Source: Deltaproteobacteria bacterium
GTDB lineage: Bacteria; Myxococcota_A; Polyangia; Polyangiales; Houyiibacteriaceae
Reading direction: 5' to 3'
Assembly: GCA_034670305.1 (NCBI GenBank)
Contig: JAXMNT010000063.1
Location: 1-39,809, forward strand
Length of the DNA stretch: 39,809 bases
The notes under the pieces are model-generated. The model was not told where the DNA came from and made no database searches. It worked only from the letters and a program-made list of their open reading frames with translations. Both the position numbers and the translations under genes were made by a program. Of the stretch, positions 27,083 through 37,317 are shown one piece after another. Position 1 is the first letter of the stretch. Each line of letters opens with the position of its first letter.

Positions 27083-28012
27083 GTGGATCACGGTAGACAC
27101 GGTGTCTTCCCAAGCGACCCATCCCCGTCCCGGTCGCTGCGGAGTGTCAGGCGCACGACCGCCTCGGTCGGTCTCCTGATGGTGGTGTTCGCGAGTGGGT
27201 GTGCGCACGTGGCATCGCCCGAAGAGGTGGAGCGTTCTCGACGGGAGTTGGAGCTGGCGGCTGCGTTGCATGACGAGCAGAACATTCCCGGCGCAATCAG
27301 CCGGCTCCAGACGGCCCTCGAGCTCGACCCGGGCAACGCGGAGGCGCACCTGCTCTTCGCAGTGATCCAGCATCTGCACCGACGGAACACGCCGGTCGCG
27401 GAGGAACACGCCCGACGCGGCGTCCAGCTTCTCGTCGAACAGGAACGGCCGGGCGCAACGCTCGCCGAAGCCCGGAACATCCTGGGCAACATCCTGATCG
27501 AGGCCGGCAAGTTCGACGAAGCCATCACCGTGCTGCGTGCGGCAGCCGTCGACGACATGAACACGTCCCCGCACCTGGCCTGGGGCAACCTCGGCTACGC
27601 GTACCTTCGGTGGGACAAACCCCAGGACGCGCTCGAACCGCTCCTGCAGGCGGTGCAGATCCAGCCCCGCTTCTGCGTCGGCTTCCACCGGCTCGGACAG
27701 GCGTACGTGCAGCTCGAAGACTGGCAGCACGCGCAAGAGGCGCTGGTGAGCGCGCTCGAAGTCGACCCCACCTGCGGCGAGGCCATTCAGCTTCAGGGCG
27801 CGTGGCGGCTGCGCGCGGAAGTTCGAGCCAACCTCGGCGACGGAGAGGCGGCCGTCCGCGATCTCGAGAGCTGCGTCGCCCTCAACCCGCAGACCGCCGA
27901 CGGCCAAGCGTGTCAACGGCTGCTCGATGCGGTGCCCCTGTCCGCTCGACCGGTACCGGAAGAAGAACCGGCGCCGACGCTCGACATCGACATCGAAGCG
28001 GAGATGCAATGA
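27083..28012 (+). CDS. tgl: TPR lipoprotein, Tgl/PilF-type type IV pilus secretin pilotin
   Basis: Lipobox FASGC, TPR repeats, 'SPHLAWGNLG', 'QPRFCVG', several Cys; followed by an HTH gene and recO as recalled for myxobacteria. Start uncertain. Confidence 0.65.
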   Translation: MDHGRHGVFPSDPSPSRSLRSVRRTTASVGLLMVVFASGCAHVASPEEVERSRRELELAAALHDEQNIPGAISRLQTALELDPGNAEAHLLFAVIQHLHRRNTPVAEEHARRGVQLLVEQERPGATLAEARNILGNILIEAGKFDEAITVLRAAAVDDMNTSPHLAWGNLGYAYLRWDKPQDALEPLLQAVQIQPRFCVGFHRLGQAYVQLEDWQHAQEALVSALEVDPTCGEAIQLQGAWRLRAEVRANLGDGEAAVRDLESCVALNPQTADGQACQRLLDAVPLSARPVPEEEPAPTLDIDIEAEMQ

Positions 28013-28734
28013 GCCCTCCCAAACCACCACGCACTGCACGCAGCCACGAGAAAGCGGAGACCCCGGGCCGCAGCCCGAGCGAGCGCCCTCAGCTCGTTCC
28101 GCCCACCATCGACGCGCCGAAGCCCGATCCGCTTCGTTCGGAACCGCCCCGCGCGGAAATGGCGCCCAAACCGCGCTCGGAACGCCCGAGCCGCCGTCCC
28201 CGTGCGCGGCGTGCCCGCGACAGTGGCGTGCGTCCCGCGGCGCTGCTCGCCCGCGCCCGGCGAACCAGCGACCGCACCGGCAACTCGGAGACCGATCTTC
28301 CCGTCGCACCGACCTCGGTGGGTGCGCTGCTGCGCCGAGAGCGGCGCGTGCGTGGAGCCTCGCTCGAAGAGATCGCGCAGACGACGCGGATCCCGCTCAA
28401 GATGTTGCGGCACATCGAAGCGGACGAGATGGACGAGCTCCCCGGCGACGTGTTCGCCCGCGGGTTCATCAAAGCCTATGCGCGCGCGCTCGGCCTGGAC
28501 GAAGCGCTGCTGCTGAACGGCATCGCCTCGGAGATGGCTTCGGCGCCTTCGCCACTCGCGACCGTGAACACGCCCGAGCGCGGACGACGCTTTGGGATCG
28601 CGATCGCGATCTTCGTGCTCGTGATCCTGTTCACGCTCGCGCTCTCGATCGTGCTGCGACCCCGCCATCGGGACGAGCCGGTGCGCCTGTCGTCGGACAG
28701 CCCGAGCGCGTTCGTCGATCAGCACGTCGCGTAG
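28009..28734 (+). CDS. RodZ-like HTH domain membrane protein
   Basis: VG.LLRRER…SLEEIAQTTRI…IE.D….LPG.VFARGFIKAYAR.LGLD plus one TM helix. Confidence 0.85.
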   Translation: MSPPKPPRTARSHEKAETPGRSPSERPQLVPPTIDAPKPDPLRSEPPRAEMAPKPRSERPSRRPRARRARDSGVRPAALLARARRTSDRTGNSETDLPVAPTSVGALLRRERRVRGASLEEIAQTTRIPLKMLRHIEADEMDELPGDVFARGFIKAYARALGLDEALLLNGIASEMASAPSPLATVNTPERGRRFGIAIAIFVLVILFTLALSIVLRPRHRDEPVRLSSDSPSAFVDQHVA

Positions 28735-28836
28735 GCGGTCCGGTTCCAACCCGTCGCACCCAACACCCACCCTACCCCCACCCTGAGCGGTTGCTGTCTG
28801 TGAACCGCCGTGCGGTGACGAAGTGAGGGGCGCGCG

Positions 28837-29550
28837 ATGAAGATCCGGACGGGTGCCTACTTGCTCCGCGCGATCGACTACCGAGACGCGGATCGCATCG
28901 TCACGCTGATGACCGAGTCCGATGGCAAGGTCGGCGCGATCGCCCGCGGGGCGCGGCGGAGCCGCAAACGTTTTGGTGGCGCCCTGCAGCCGTGTCTGCT
29001 TCTGGAAGCAGCCCTGACCCGACCGGTGCGGGGTGGCGAGGGGCGGCTGCTCACGCTTGACGAGGTCACCGTACGGCGGCCCTTCCACGGGTTGCTCGCC
29101 TCCCTCGACCGGATCCGCGCGGCGGGCGAAGCCCTCGAGTTCGTGCGGACGCTGGCGCCCGATGGCGAGCCGCAGCCGAGGCTCTTCGAAGCGGTGACCC
29201 TGCTCTTCGAGCGGCTCGAGACGGCCGACGCCGAATGGGCGTCGAGCATCTGCATCGCGTTCCGCATGCGCGCGCTGACCCTCGCAGGCCTGCGCCCCGA
29301 ACTCGAACGCTGCGGGGTGTCCGGCGTCGCGTGTCCCGAAGGCCGTCCCGCCCTCTTCGATCCCGCGCGCGGCAGCATCGTCTCGCGCGCACACGGCGGA
29401 GGCCGGTTGCTCCTCGGTCCGGGCGCGCGAAAACGCCTCCTCGAAGCGTTGACCGATGGCTGGTGCGATATGGATCCGTGGCCTGCGCAGGATCGCGAAG
29501 AAGCGGCCGCGGCGCTCGAGGCGTTCGTCGCCAACCACGTGCGGAACTGA
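28837..29550 (+). CDS. recO: DNA repair protein RecO
   Basis: LLR.IDY.DADRIVTL.T…GK..AIARGARRS.KRFGG.L.P; C-terminal P.L..C..SG. Confidence 0.9.
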   Translation: MKIRTGAYLLRAIDYRDADRIVTLMTESDGKVGAIARGARRSRKRFGGALQPCLLLEAALTRPVRGGEGRLLTLDEVTVRRPFHGLLASLDRIRAAGEALEFVRTLAPDGEPQPRLFEAVTLLFERLETADAEWASSICIAFRMRALTLAGLRPELERCGVSGVACPEGRPALFDPARGSIVSRAHGGGRLLLGPGARKRLLEALTDGWCDMDPWPAQDREEAAAALEAFVANHVRN

Positions 29551-29690
29551 CGACTCGGGGCCGCGGCGTTCCGAGTGCGGAGGCGTGGGTGGCGTCGGCA
29601 GGAACGCCGCGCCCGGCCTGTGGGTGGCCCGGTCGCGGGCGCGGCCCGAAAACCAGGTCTTTGGGCGCGGGATCCTCTACGATCCACCCT

Positions 29691-30068
29691 ATGCGGATCC
29701 TGGTCGTCGACGACAGCAGTGCCATGCGAACGTTCGTGCGCGCCGCGGTGGAAGACGAGCTCGGCGCCGACGTCACCGAAGCCACCAGCGGCTTCGACGC
29801 GCTGCGGCTGCTTCCCCGCGAGACGTTCGACGTGATCGTCGTCGACGTGAACATGCCGGACATCAACGGACTGGAGCTCGTGGCCTTCATTCGCAAGAAC
29901 CCGGCACACGTCGACACCCGCATTCTGATGATCAGCACCGAGGCGTCCGAGGCCGATCAAGCGCGTGGGCTCAAGCTCGGCGCGAATGCGTTCCTCTCCA
30001 AGCCGTTCACCGCGGGCGCCCTGCGCGACAAGATCGACTCTCTGACCTCGGACGCGTCGAAGTCATGA
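29691..30068 (+). CDS. cheY: Single-domain response regulator (CheY-like)
   Basis: ILVVDDS, D.NMP..NGLE, ST, KPF. Confidence 0.88.
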   Translation: MRILVVDDSSAMRTFVRAAVEDELGADVTEATSGFDALRLLPRETFDVIVVDVNMPDINGLELVAFIRKNPAHVDTRILMISTEASEADQARGLKLGANAFLSKPFTAGALRDKIDSLTSDASKS

Positions 30069-32173
30069 GCGACTTCCGCGACGAGTTCCTGTCCGAAGCG
30101 CAGGAGATCATCGAAGCGCTCTCGCGCGATCTGCTCTTGCTCGACCAAGCGCAGAAGGAAGGCAGCTCGCAACACGATCTGATCAACGAGGTCTTCCGTG
30201 GCGTGCACACGCTCAAGGGCATCGCGGGCATGTTCGGCTACGTCCGGGTGGGCTCGCTGGCCCACTCGCTCGAAGACCTCCTGGACGGGCTGAGGCTCGG
30301 CAAGGTCCAACTCGACGCGGCGGTGCTCGACCTGCTCTTCGAAGGCGTGGAGAACTTCCAGCGACTGCTCGGCGAGACCGAGGACGCGCCCGAGGTCGAC
30401 ATGGACCGCTTCCAGCAGAAGCTGGGAGGCGTCGGCGAAGCGCTCGCGCCCGCTGGAGATGTGCTCGACGACTACGACATCGACCCGAACGTGCTCGCGG
30501 TCCTGACGGAGTACGAAGAACATCGGCTGCGCACCAACGTCGCCGGAGGCGTCTCGCTCTTTCGTCTTCGCGCGCATTTCTCACTGACGACGATCGACAG
30601 CCAGCTCGAGGATCTGAAGAACCGCGCGAAGATGCTCGCGGAGATCATCACCTACCTGCCGAGCGCCAGCGCATCGGACGGGGACGGAATCGATCTCGAC
30701 ATCTTGCTCGCGAGCAGCGCGACCTACGAGCAGCTGCTCGAGGCGCTCGCCGTCCGAGAGTCCGAGCTCGCTGCGGTCGTCCGCCGAGACGCGTTGCCGG
30801 GCGGTGGCTCGAACACCGCACCGCCCCCTCCGATGGACGTCGTTCCGGACGGGACCATCTTCCCCTCCCCACGCAAGTCGTCCACTGGACGGCCACCGGA
30901 GGGCATTCCGGAAATCGAAGTGCGCGAGCTGAGCGCCGACCAACTGAGCCTGCGGTCGGTCGCGAACACGGTCCGCGTGGACATCCGCAAACTCGACCAC
31001 CTCATGAACGTCGTGGGCGAGCTGGCGATCGTGCGCGGGGCGGTGGCCCGTTTGACCGAGCGCATCCGGCAACGCCCGGAGCTGCGGACCATTGGCGCGG
31101 AGATGCACCGGATGAACCGGAGCTTCGAGCGCCACCTCGAGACCCTGCAAGAGGGCATCCTCGACGTGCGGATGGTTCCGCTCGGCCAGGTGTTCGACAA
31201 ACTCGCCCGCGTGGTCCGACAGGTCGCACGCGAACACGACAAGCAGGTGCGGCTGCTCGTCAGCGGAGCCGAGACCGAAGTCGACAAGCTGATCGTCGAA
31301 GAACTCAGCGATCCGCTGATGCACCTCATCCGCAACGCCATCGACCACGGGATCGAACCGCCGAAGGTGCGCGAGCTCGCGGAGAAGCACGAAGGCGGCA
31401 CGCTCTCGTTGAACGCCTACCAGAAGGGGCGACACGTCGTCATCGAGATCGAAGACGACGGCGCCGGCATGAACCCGAGGCGGCTGGTCGAGACGGCCCT
31501 CCGCAAAGGGCTGATCACCGAAGAAGCCGCCGCCGATCTCGCACCCACCGACGTCCTCGGCCTGATCTTCATGGCTGGGTTCAGCACCCGTTCGACGATC
31601 ACCGATCTGTCCGGCCGCGGCGTCGGCATGGACGTGGTCAAAACCAACATCTCGCGGCTCGGGGGCGTCATCGATGTGCAGTCCGAGTTCGGCATCGGCA
31701 CCAAGTTCACGATCACGTTGCCGGTCACGCTCGCGATCATCAACGCGCTGCTCGTGGAGGTCGCCGACCGCCAGTTCGCGATCCCGATCACCTCGGTCCA
31801 GGAGGCGATCCTGCTCGACCCCGCGAAGGTCCGCATGGTCGAGGGACGCGAAGTGATGACCCTCCGCGGTGCCACCCTCCCCATCTGCCGACTGGATGTG
31901 CTCTTCGGCCTGCCTCGGACCTCGGTCGAGCGACGATTCGTCGTCGTGTCCGCCGTCGGCGCCCGCCGCATCGGATTCGTGGTCGACGTGCTCAGCGGAC
32001 AGCAGGACATCGTGATCAAATCGCTCGGCAAGAGCCTCTCCAAGGTGCGCGGGTTTGCCGGCGCCACGGATCTGGGCGATCAACGCGTCGCGCTCGTCAT
32101 CGACGCACCCGGGCTCCTCGAAGAAGTGCTGAGCACCGCGGACCTGATCGCCAAGCGGGAGGCGTTGTCGTGA
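30065..32173 (+). CDS. cheA: Chemosensory histidine kinase CheA
   Basis: Hpt FR.VHTLKG, dimerisation VRVD..KLD.LMN.VGEL, HATPase HLIRNAIDHG, DDGAG, SGRGVGMDVV, and a C-terminal CheW domain. Confidence 0.95.
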   Translation: MSDFRDEFLSEAQEIIEALSRDLLLLDQAQKEGSSQHDLINEVFRGVHTLKGIAGMFGYVRVGSLAHSLEDLLDGLRLGKVQLDAAVLDLLFEGVENFQRLLGETEDAPEVDMDRFQQKLGGVGEALAPAGDVLDDYDIDPNVLAVLTEYEEHRLRTNVAGGVSLFRLRAHFSLTTIDSQLEDLKNRAKMLAEIITYLPSASASDGDGIDLDILLASSATYEQLLEALAVRESELAAVVRRDALPGGGSNTAPPPPMDVVPDGTIFPSPRKSSTGRPPEGIPEIEVRELSADQLSLRSVANTVRVDIRKLDHLMNVVGELAIVRGAVARLTERIRQRPELRTIGAEMHRMNRSFERHLETLQEGILDVRMVPLGQVFDKLARVVRQVAREHDKQVRLLVSGAETEVDKLIVEELSDPLMHLIRNAIDHGIEPPKVRELAEKHEGGTLSLNAYQKGRHVVIEIEDDGAGMNPRRLVETALRKGLITEEAAADLAPTDVLGLIFMAGFSTRSTITDLSGRGVGMDVVKTNISRLGGVIDVQSEFGIGTKFTITLPVTLAIINALLVEVADRQFAIPITSVQEAILLDPAKVRMVEGREVMTLRGATLPICRLDVLFGLPRTSVERRFVVVSAVGARRIGFVVDVLSGQQDIVIKSLGKSLSKVRGFAGATDLGDQRVALVIDAPGLLEEVLSTADLIAKREALS

Positions 32174-32682
32174 GCGACGTCGTCCGACGCGCGAGCGCAC
32201 TCCCTGCCGAGATCGACGGATCGGCGACCCGTGAGTTCCTTGGATTCGTCATCTCGGGGGACGAGTACGCGCTTCCGCTGGACTCGGTCCGAGAGATCTT
32301 GAAGCCGCCGCCGATCACGCCGGTCCCGCGCTCGCATCGGGATGTGCTCGGGGTCATCACCGTGCGGGGCGTCATGACCACCGTCGTGGATTTGCGACGG
32401 CGACTGAAAGTCGCGGAAGGCCCTGCCAGTCGGTACACGCGCATCCTGCTCGTCGACTCCGGCGACGAGGTGCTCGGGGTGTTGGTCGATCTGGTGAGCC
32501 AGGTGCACCGCCTCGACAGCGACGAAGTCGAACTCGCCGGGGTGGTCGGGAGCGACCTCTCGGAACACGTACTGGGCATCGGCCGCCCGCGGGACCGCGG
32601 CAAGCCGCAAGACGCGCGCGGCGCAGACATCCTCGTGCTGCTGGATCCCGCGCCCCTTCTGTCGATGACGAGACACCGATGA
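32170..32682 (+). CDS. cheW: CheW coupling protein
   Basis: EYALPL..VREI…ITPVP….LGVI.VRG….VVDL. Confidence 0.9.
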   Translation: MSDVVRRASALPAEIDGSATREFLGFVISGDEYALPLDSVREILKPPPITPVPRSHRDVLGVITVRGVMTTVVDLRRRLKVAEGPASRYTRILLVDSGDEVLGVLVDLVSQVHRLDSDEVELAGVVGSDLSEHVLGIGRPRDRGKPQDARGADILVLLDPAPLLSMTRHR

Positions 32683-32716
32683 GCCACGGCCCACATTCCT
32701 TGGACGCGAGACTTTC

Positions 32717-33250
32717 ATGACCCAGGCCACGCCGAGACACCGGACCGATCGCACCAAGAACCTCGTCGGGTTCCTGGTGGGCGAGGTTCGTTATGCGATC
32801 GACATCTTGCGGGTGCGCGAGATCATCAACCCGCTCCCGATCGTGGACCTGCCGCACGCACCGAGTTCCGTCGTGGGGGTCGCGGACCACCGGGGCGCCG
32901 TCGTGCCCATTCTGGATCTCCGAAAACGATTCGGTCTCGCGGCAGTGGAAGCGACGCGGCGCACCAAGTGGGTCATCGTCGACGTCGGCGAACGCTCGGT
33001 GGGGTTCGTCGTCGACGCGGTGACCGACGTCTTTGGCGCCAACGCGACCGAGCAGCGCGAAGTCCCCCGCATCGGAGGCAACGACGCCCGCGGCATCGTC
33101 GCCGTGTACTCGGTGGAGGTCGAATCCCGCGGCGCCGAACGAACGACGGCCCTGGTCTTCGTCATCGACGCCTTGCGGGTCGCCGAACCAACGCTGGCGC
33201 TCGACGTGGGCGGCGTGGCGATCCCGAGCGACCAAGAGACCGGACGATGA
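32717..33250 (+). CDS. cheW: CheW coupling protein (second copy)
   Basis: YAIDI..VREII…LP.AP..V.GV…RG.VVPILDL, GFVVDAV. Confidence 0.9.
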   Translation: MTQATPRHRTDRTKNLVGFLVGEVRYAIDILRVREIINPLPIVDLPHAPSSVVGVADHRGAVVPILDLRKRFGLAAVEATRRTKWVIVDVGERSVGFVVDAVTDVFGANATEQREVPRIGGNDARGIVAVYSVEVESRGAERTTALVFVIDALRVAEPTLALDVGGVAIPSDQETGR

Positions 33251-33263
33251 ACCCGGGCCGAGC

Positions 33264-35309
33264 ATGAGCGCGCGGCTCGGCATGGATTCGGACGCCCCCG
33301 AAAGCCGTCGTCTGGCGGTTCGCGCGGTCGGAGGGCAGACGTTCGACGAAGACGCCCGCGCCACCCTCCTGCGCGGGCTCGACGACGAGGATTGGCGGGT
33401 CCGGAGAGAAGCCGCCGAGGTGCTCTCGGCCTTCGCGCCCAGCGCCGACGACCCGATCGTGCCACGCCTCATCGATGGGCTCCTCCAATCCTCCCGGGTC
33501 GGCTTTCGCAATGCGTGCCTCGAAGCCCTCGGCCGGCTGGGGCCGGGGGTGGCCGCCCCCCTCGGCGCGCGCCTGGCCGACACCGAAGGGGGCGACCGCA
33601 AGTTCTTGATCGGCGCCATCGGAGCCTCGGGGGACACCGCGTCGGTCGACGCCCTGGCCAGGTTCGTCTCCGATTCCGATCCCAACGTGGGTGCGGCAGC
33701 GCTCGACGCGATCAGCGCGCTCGGCGGACCCGCTGCAGAAGCGCTGCTGCGGGCACGGTTGTCGACGCTCGATCCGTTGCAGCAGGTGTCGGTGCTCGAC
33801 GGCCTGATGCGGATGGGCGCCCACGTTCCGTTCGCGGAGCTCGAGCCCATCCTGTCGAGTCGCCTGGGTCGCCGAGCAGCCCTTCCGCTCGTTGGGCGGT
33901 CCGCGGACCCCGCCGCGTTCGCGCCGGTCATCGGCGCACTCGATGGATCCAACCACGAAGCCCGGCTCGCGGTTCGGGCGTTGGCCGCGCTTCTCGAAGA
34001 CCCCGGGCCACCCGATGCGTTTCGCGATCAGCTGGGCACGTCCGGCCGCGCACGCGTGCGTGGACTGTTGAAGGACGACGGCCCCGAGACCGCCAGTGCC
34101 GCGGCCACCGTCGCGCTGATGGCGAGGGACACCGAAGCGCTCGCCGATGTGCTGAGCGCCAGCGCGGGCCGCGTCCTGAGTGCGGCCGCCGTGCGCGCGC
34201 TTCGCACCTGGGGCCCAAGCGCGGCGCCGCCACTTCTGCGCGCAGCCGACGAGGTCGTGGGTGGGGCACGCGCGCTCGCGCTCGAGCTCGCGGCGGAACT
34301 CGTCGTTCCAGAATCGGACGCGGCCAACGCGGTGCGCGACCGGTTGCGGGTCGCACGAACCGAAGCGGAGCCGGGGGTCGTCGGAGCCGCACTGCGTGGC
34401 CTCTCGGCCCTCGCCCAGGCCGAGGATGCGCCCCAACTCGTGGAGTGTGCGATGCACGACGCGGAGGCCGCGGGAGACGCCGTGCGCACCTTGGAAGCTT
34501 TGTCCGAACGCGCCGGGCAGGCGGTGCTCGACGCGCTCGGAAGTGTGCGGCTGGAGCTGGCAAGTGCGCCGCTCGCGCGACTGGTCGCTCGGTTGCGCGG
34601 ACAGGACGCGCTCGGCCAACTGCAGGCGGGACTGAGCTCCGCAAGCCCCGAGGTCCGCCGGTCGTGTCTGGCCGCGCTCGGACAGCTCGCCGACCCCTCC
34701 AGCGTCGACCGCATCGCGTTTGCGATGGCGGATGAAGACGAAGGCGTGCGCATTGCAGCGATCGACTCGCTTGGCCGCGTCGGTTCGGAACGCGCGGCCG
34801 ACGCGCTCTTGCATGCGCTCGGGGCAGACTCTCTGGCGGTTCGTTCGCGCGCCATCCGGGCGCTCGCCCGGATGGGGGAGAGCCGCGCCCTGCCGCACCT
34901 GGTTCCCTTCGTGACCGGGCCGGCGATTGTCGCGATGGAGGCCATCGAAGCGCTGGCGCGCCTGCGCGCGCCCGACCTCGCAGAGCAGGTGCGCGCGGCG
35001 CTCGGGCATGAGGATCCGGACGTCGTGCAACGCGCGCTGACCGTCGCCCAGGGTCTGGACGATTCGGACCAAGTCGATCACCTCGTGCGAGGTCTGCAAC
35101 ATCCGAGTTGGCACGTCCGTTCGACGGCGGCCCGCATCCTCGGAGCGCTCGATCTTCGGGAGGCGCATGCCGCGCTCGAGGCCCACGCGTCGGACGAACA
35201 GGACCCGCACGTGCAAGAAGCATTGCGAGCCGCGGTGCGGGCCAAACGAGAGGCGGTGGAGCCCTCCCCCACACCCGCCGAGCCGTCGGAGGAGCCCACC
35301 GGCGGCTGA
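33264..35309 (+). CDS. HEAT/PBS-lyase repeat protein
   Basis: Repeated L.D.D..VR..AA..LG units (LDDEDWRVRREAA, ADEDEGVRIAAIDSLG, HPSWHVRSTAARILG). Confidence 0.85.
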   Translation: MSARLGMDSDAPESRRLAVRAVGGQTFDEDARATLLRGLDDEDWRVRREAAEVLSAFAPSADDPIVPRLIDGLLQSSRVGFRNACLEALGRLGPGVAAPLGARLADTEGGDRKFLIGAIGASGDTASVDALARFVSDSDPNVGAAALDAISALGGPAAEALLRARLSTLDPLQQVSVLDGLMRMGAHVPFAELEPILSSRLGRRAALPLVGRSADPAAFAPVIGALDGSNHEARLAVRALAALLEDPGPPDAFRDQLGTSGRARVRGLLKDDGPETASAAATVALMARDTEALADVLSASAGRVLSAAAVRALRTWGPSAAPPLLRAADEVVGGARALALELAAELVVPESDAANAVRDRLRVARTEAEPGVVGAALRGLSALAQAEDAPQLVECAMHDAEAAGDAVRTLEALSERAGQAVLDALGSVRLELASAPLARLVARLRGQDALGQLQAGLSSASPEVRRSCLAALGQLADPSSVDRIAFAMADEDEGVRIAAIDSLGRVGSERAADALLHALGADSLAVRSRAIRALARMGESRALPHLVPFVTGPAIVAMEAIEALARLRAPDLAEQVRAALGHEDPDVVQRALTVAQGLDDSDQVDHLVRGLQHPSWHVRSTAARILGALDLREAHAALEAHASDEQDPHVQEALRAAVRAKREAVEPSPTPAEPSEEPTGG

Positions 35310-35310
35310 G

Positions 35311-36183
35311 ATGGCGCTCCTCTACGACGAAGGTCCGACGATGACGGACGACGAGTTCCGGTTGATCCGGGATCTCGTCGAGGCCTACTGCGGCATCCAC
35401 TTCGGTTCCGAAGCCAAGTACGTGGTCGAGCGGCGGCTGCGCGAGCGCGTCCGAGAGCTCGCCCTCAGCGACTTCGATCAGTACTACCGCCGGCTGCGCT
35501 TCCACCCCGACGCGGCCACCGAACTCGAGCGCGCGGTGGAGCAGCTCACCACCAACGAGACGTACTTCTTTCGCGAGACCTACCAACTGGAAGCGTTCGA
35601 GCGGGAGATCTTGCCCGCGCTCCGAACCCGGCTCGCCGACCGCCGGCGGCTCACGATCTGGAGTGCGGGTTGTTCGACCGGCGAAGAGGTCTACACGCTC
35701 GCGATGATCCTTTCCCAAGCGGACGGGATGCGCGATTGGGAAATTCGGATCTTCGGGACCGACATCAGCCGTCGTTGTCTGCAACACGCCCGAAAAGCGG
35801 TCTATGGGCCAGCGAGTTTTCGCGTGGCCCCCGCCCACGCGCTCCGACATTTCGTCGAGACATCGCGCGGCCGCGCCGTGCGTCCTGAGATCCGCGCGAT
35901 GTGCCACTTCGGACACCTCAATCTGCTCGACCGCAACCACTCTGCGATCGTAGGAAACGTGGACGTGGTCTTCTGTCGCAACGTGCTGATCTACTTCGAC
36001 GCACGCGCGCGCGCCGACGTCGTGCGCACGTTCTACGAACGCCTCGTCCCGGGTGGGTACCTCTTGCTCGGACACAGCGAATCTCTGCTGCACACCTCGA
36101 CGGACTTCGAGCTCGTGCACTTGCAGCGCGACATGGTCTACCGGCGACCCCAATTCGACCCTGCCCTGGAAGGCCATGCATGA
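35311..36183 (+). CDS. cheR: Chemotaxis methyltransferase CheR
   Basis: TTNETYFFRE, IWSAGCSTGEEVYT, GTDIS, FCRNVLIYF, LLGHSE. Confidence 0.95.
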   Translation: MALLYDEGPTMTDDEFRLIRDLVEAYCGIHFGSEAKYVVERRLRERVRELALSDFDQYYRRLRFHPDAATELERAVEQLTTNETYFFRETYQLEAFEREILPALRTRLADRRRLTIWSAGCSTGEEVYTLAMILSQADGMRDWEIRIFGTDISRRCLQHARKAVYGPASFRVAPAHALRHFVETSRGRAVRPEIRAMCHFGHLNLLDRNHSAIVGNVDVVFCRNVLIYFDARARADVVRTFYERLVPGGYLLLGHSESLLHTSTDFELVHLQRDMVYRRPQFDPALEGHA

Positions 36184-37223
36184 AGAAGTTGCGGACGATG
36201 GTGGTGGACGACTCCGCGTTCAATCGCCGAGCCCTCTCGGGGATCCTGATGGAGCTGCCCGACGTCGAGGTGGTGGCCAAGGCGGGCGACGGAAGCGAAG
36301 CGCTCCGGCTCGCGGTGGAACTCAAACCGGATCTCATCACGCTCGATCTCGAGATGCCTCGCATGGATGGGTTCACGTTCTTGCGGCTGCTCATGGCCAA
36401 GCAGCCGACGCCCGTGATCGTCGTCTCGGGGTACGCGAACAAAGAGAACGTCTTTCGCGCGCTGGAACTCGGTGCCCTCGACTTCGTGGCGAAGCCGACC
36501 CGTGCGGTCTCGTCGGACCTGCATCAGGTGCGGGCGGAGTTGATCGAAAAGGTGGCGGTGGTGCGGCATCTCTCCAGGCTTTCCGGCGCAGGGCTCATCC
36601 CGGCCTCGCGCCCGGCCAAGCGGACGAAGCCTTCGCGCGAAGGTCGCGGACGTGGCCTCGTGGTCGTCGGAGCGTCCACGGGCGGACCCACCGCGTTGGT
36701 GGAGCTGTTTCAGCACATCCCCGCGGATCTCGACGCGACGATCGTGGTCGCGCAACACATGCCGCCGCGGTTCACCGAGACCTTCGCGCAGCGGCTCGAT
36801 CGTCTCGGCGGGATCTCGGTCCAGCAAGCCGGGAGCGCGCAGCGGCTGCGGGCCGGCGAAGCGTGGATCTGTCCGGGTGGGCGGTGCGTGGAGTTCGGTG
36901 CAGATGGGCTGCTGGTGGTCGTCGACCCCGATCCCGCCGACCGCTACGTGCCTTCGGTCGACCGACTCTTCACGTCCGCAGCCAAGCGGTTCGGGGACCG
37001 ATGTCTCGGTCTGGTGCTCACCGGAATGGGGGACGATGGCGCGGCCGGCAGCCAAGCGATTCGTGCGGCCGGCGGGACGGTCTTCGCGGAGTCCGCCGAG
37101 ACCGCGGTGATCTACGGGATGCCACAAGCCGCCAAAGCCACGGGGGTCGTTTCGGAGCTGCATCCCATTCACCGATTGGGGGGGCGCCTGGTCGAGTTCG
37201 TGGAGCAATGGCCCGAGGAATGA
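36180..37223 (+). CDS. cheB: Chemotaxis methylesterase CheB (receiver plus esterase)
   Basis: Receiver VVDDS…LDLEMP; catalytic GASTGG, QHMP, TGMGDDG. Confidence 0.95.
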   Translation: MKKLRTMVVDDSAFNRRALSGILMELPDVEVVAKAGDGSEALRLAVELKPDLITLDLEMPRMDGFTFLRLLMAKQPTPVIVVSGYANKENVFRALELGALDFVAKPTRAVSSDLHQVRAELIEKVAVVRHLSRLSGAGLIPASRPAKRTKPSREGRGRGLVVVGASTGGPTALVELFQHIPADLDATIVVAQHMPPRFTETFAQRLDRLGGISVQQAGSAQRLRAGEAWICPGGRCVEFGADGLLVVVDPDPADRYVPSVDRLFTSAAKRFGDRCLGLVLTGMGDDGAAGSQAIRAAGGTVFAESAETAVIYGMPQAAKATGVVSELHPIHRLGGRLVEFVEQWPEE

Positions 37224-37317
37224 CACGCGTTTCCCTGCGCCGGACTCCTCGGAAACCACGAACGATGTCGCATCTGTCGGCGATGCGGTGGTACCGTTGC
37301 GACCGGAGATTCCGGCC

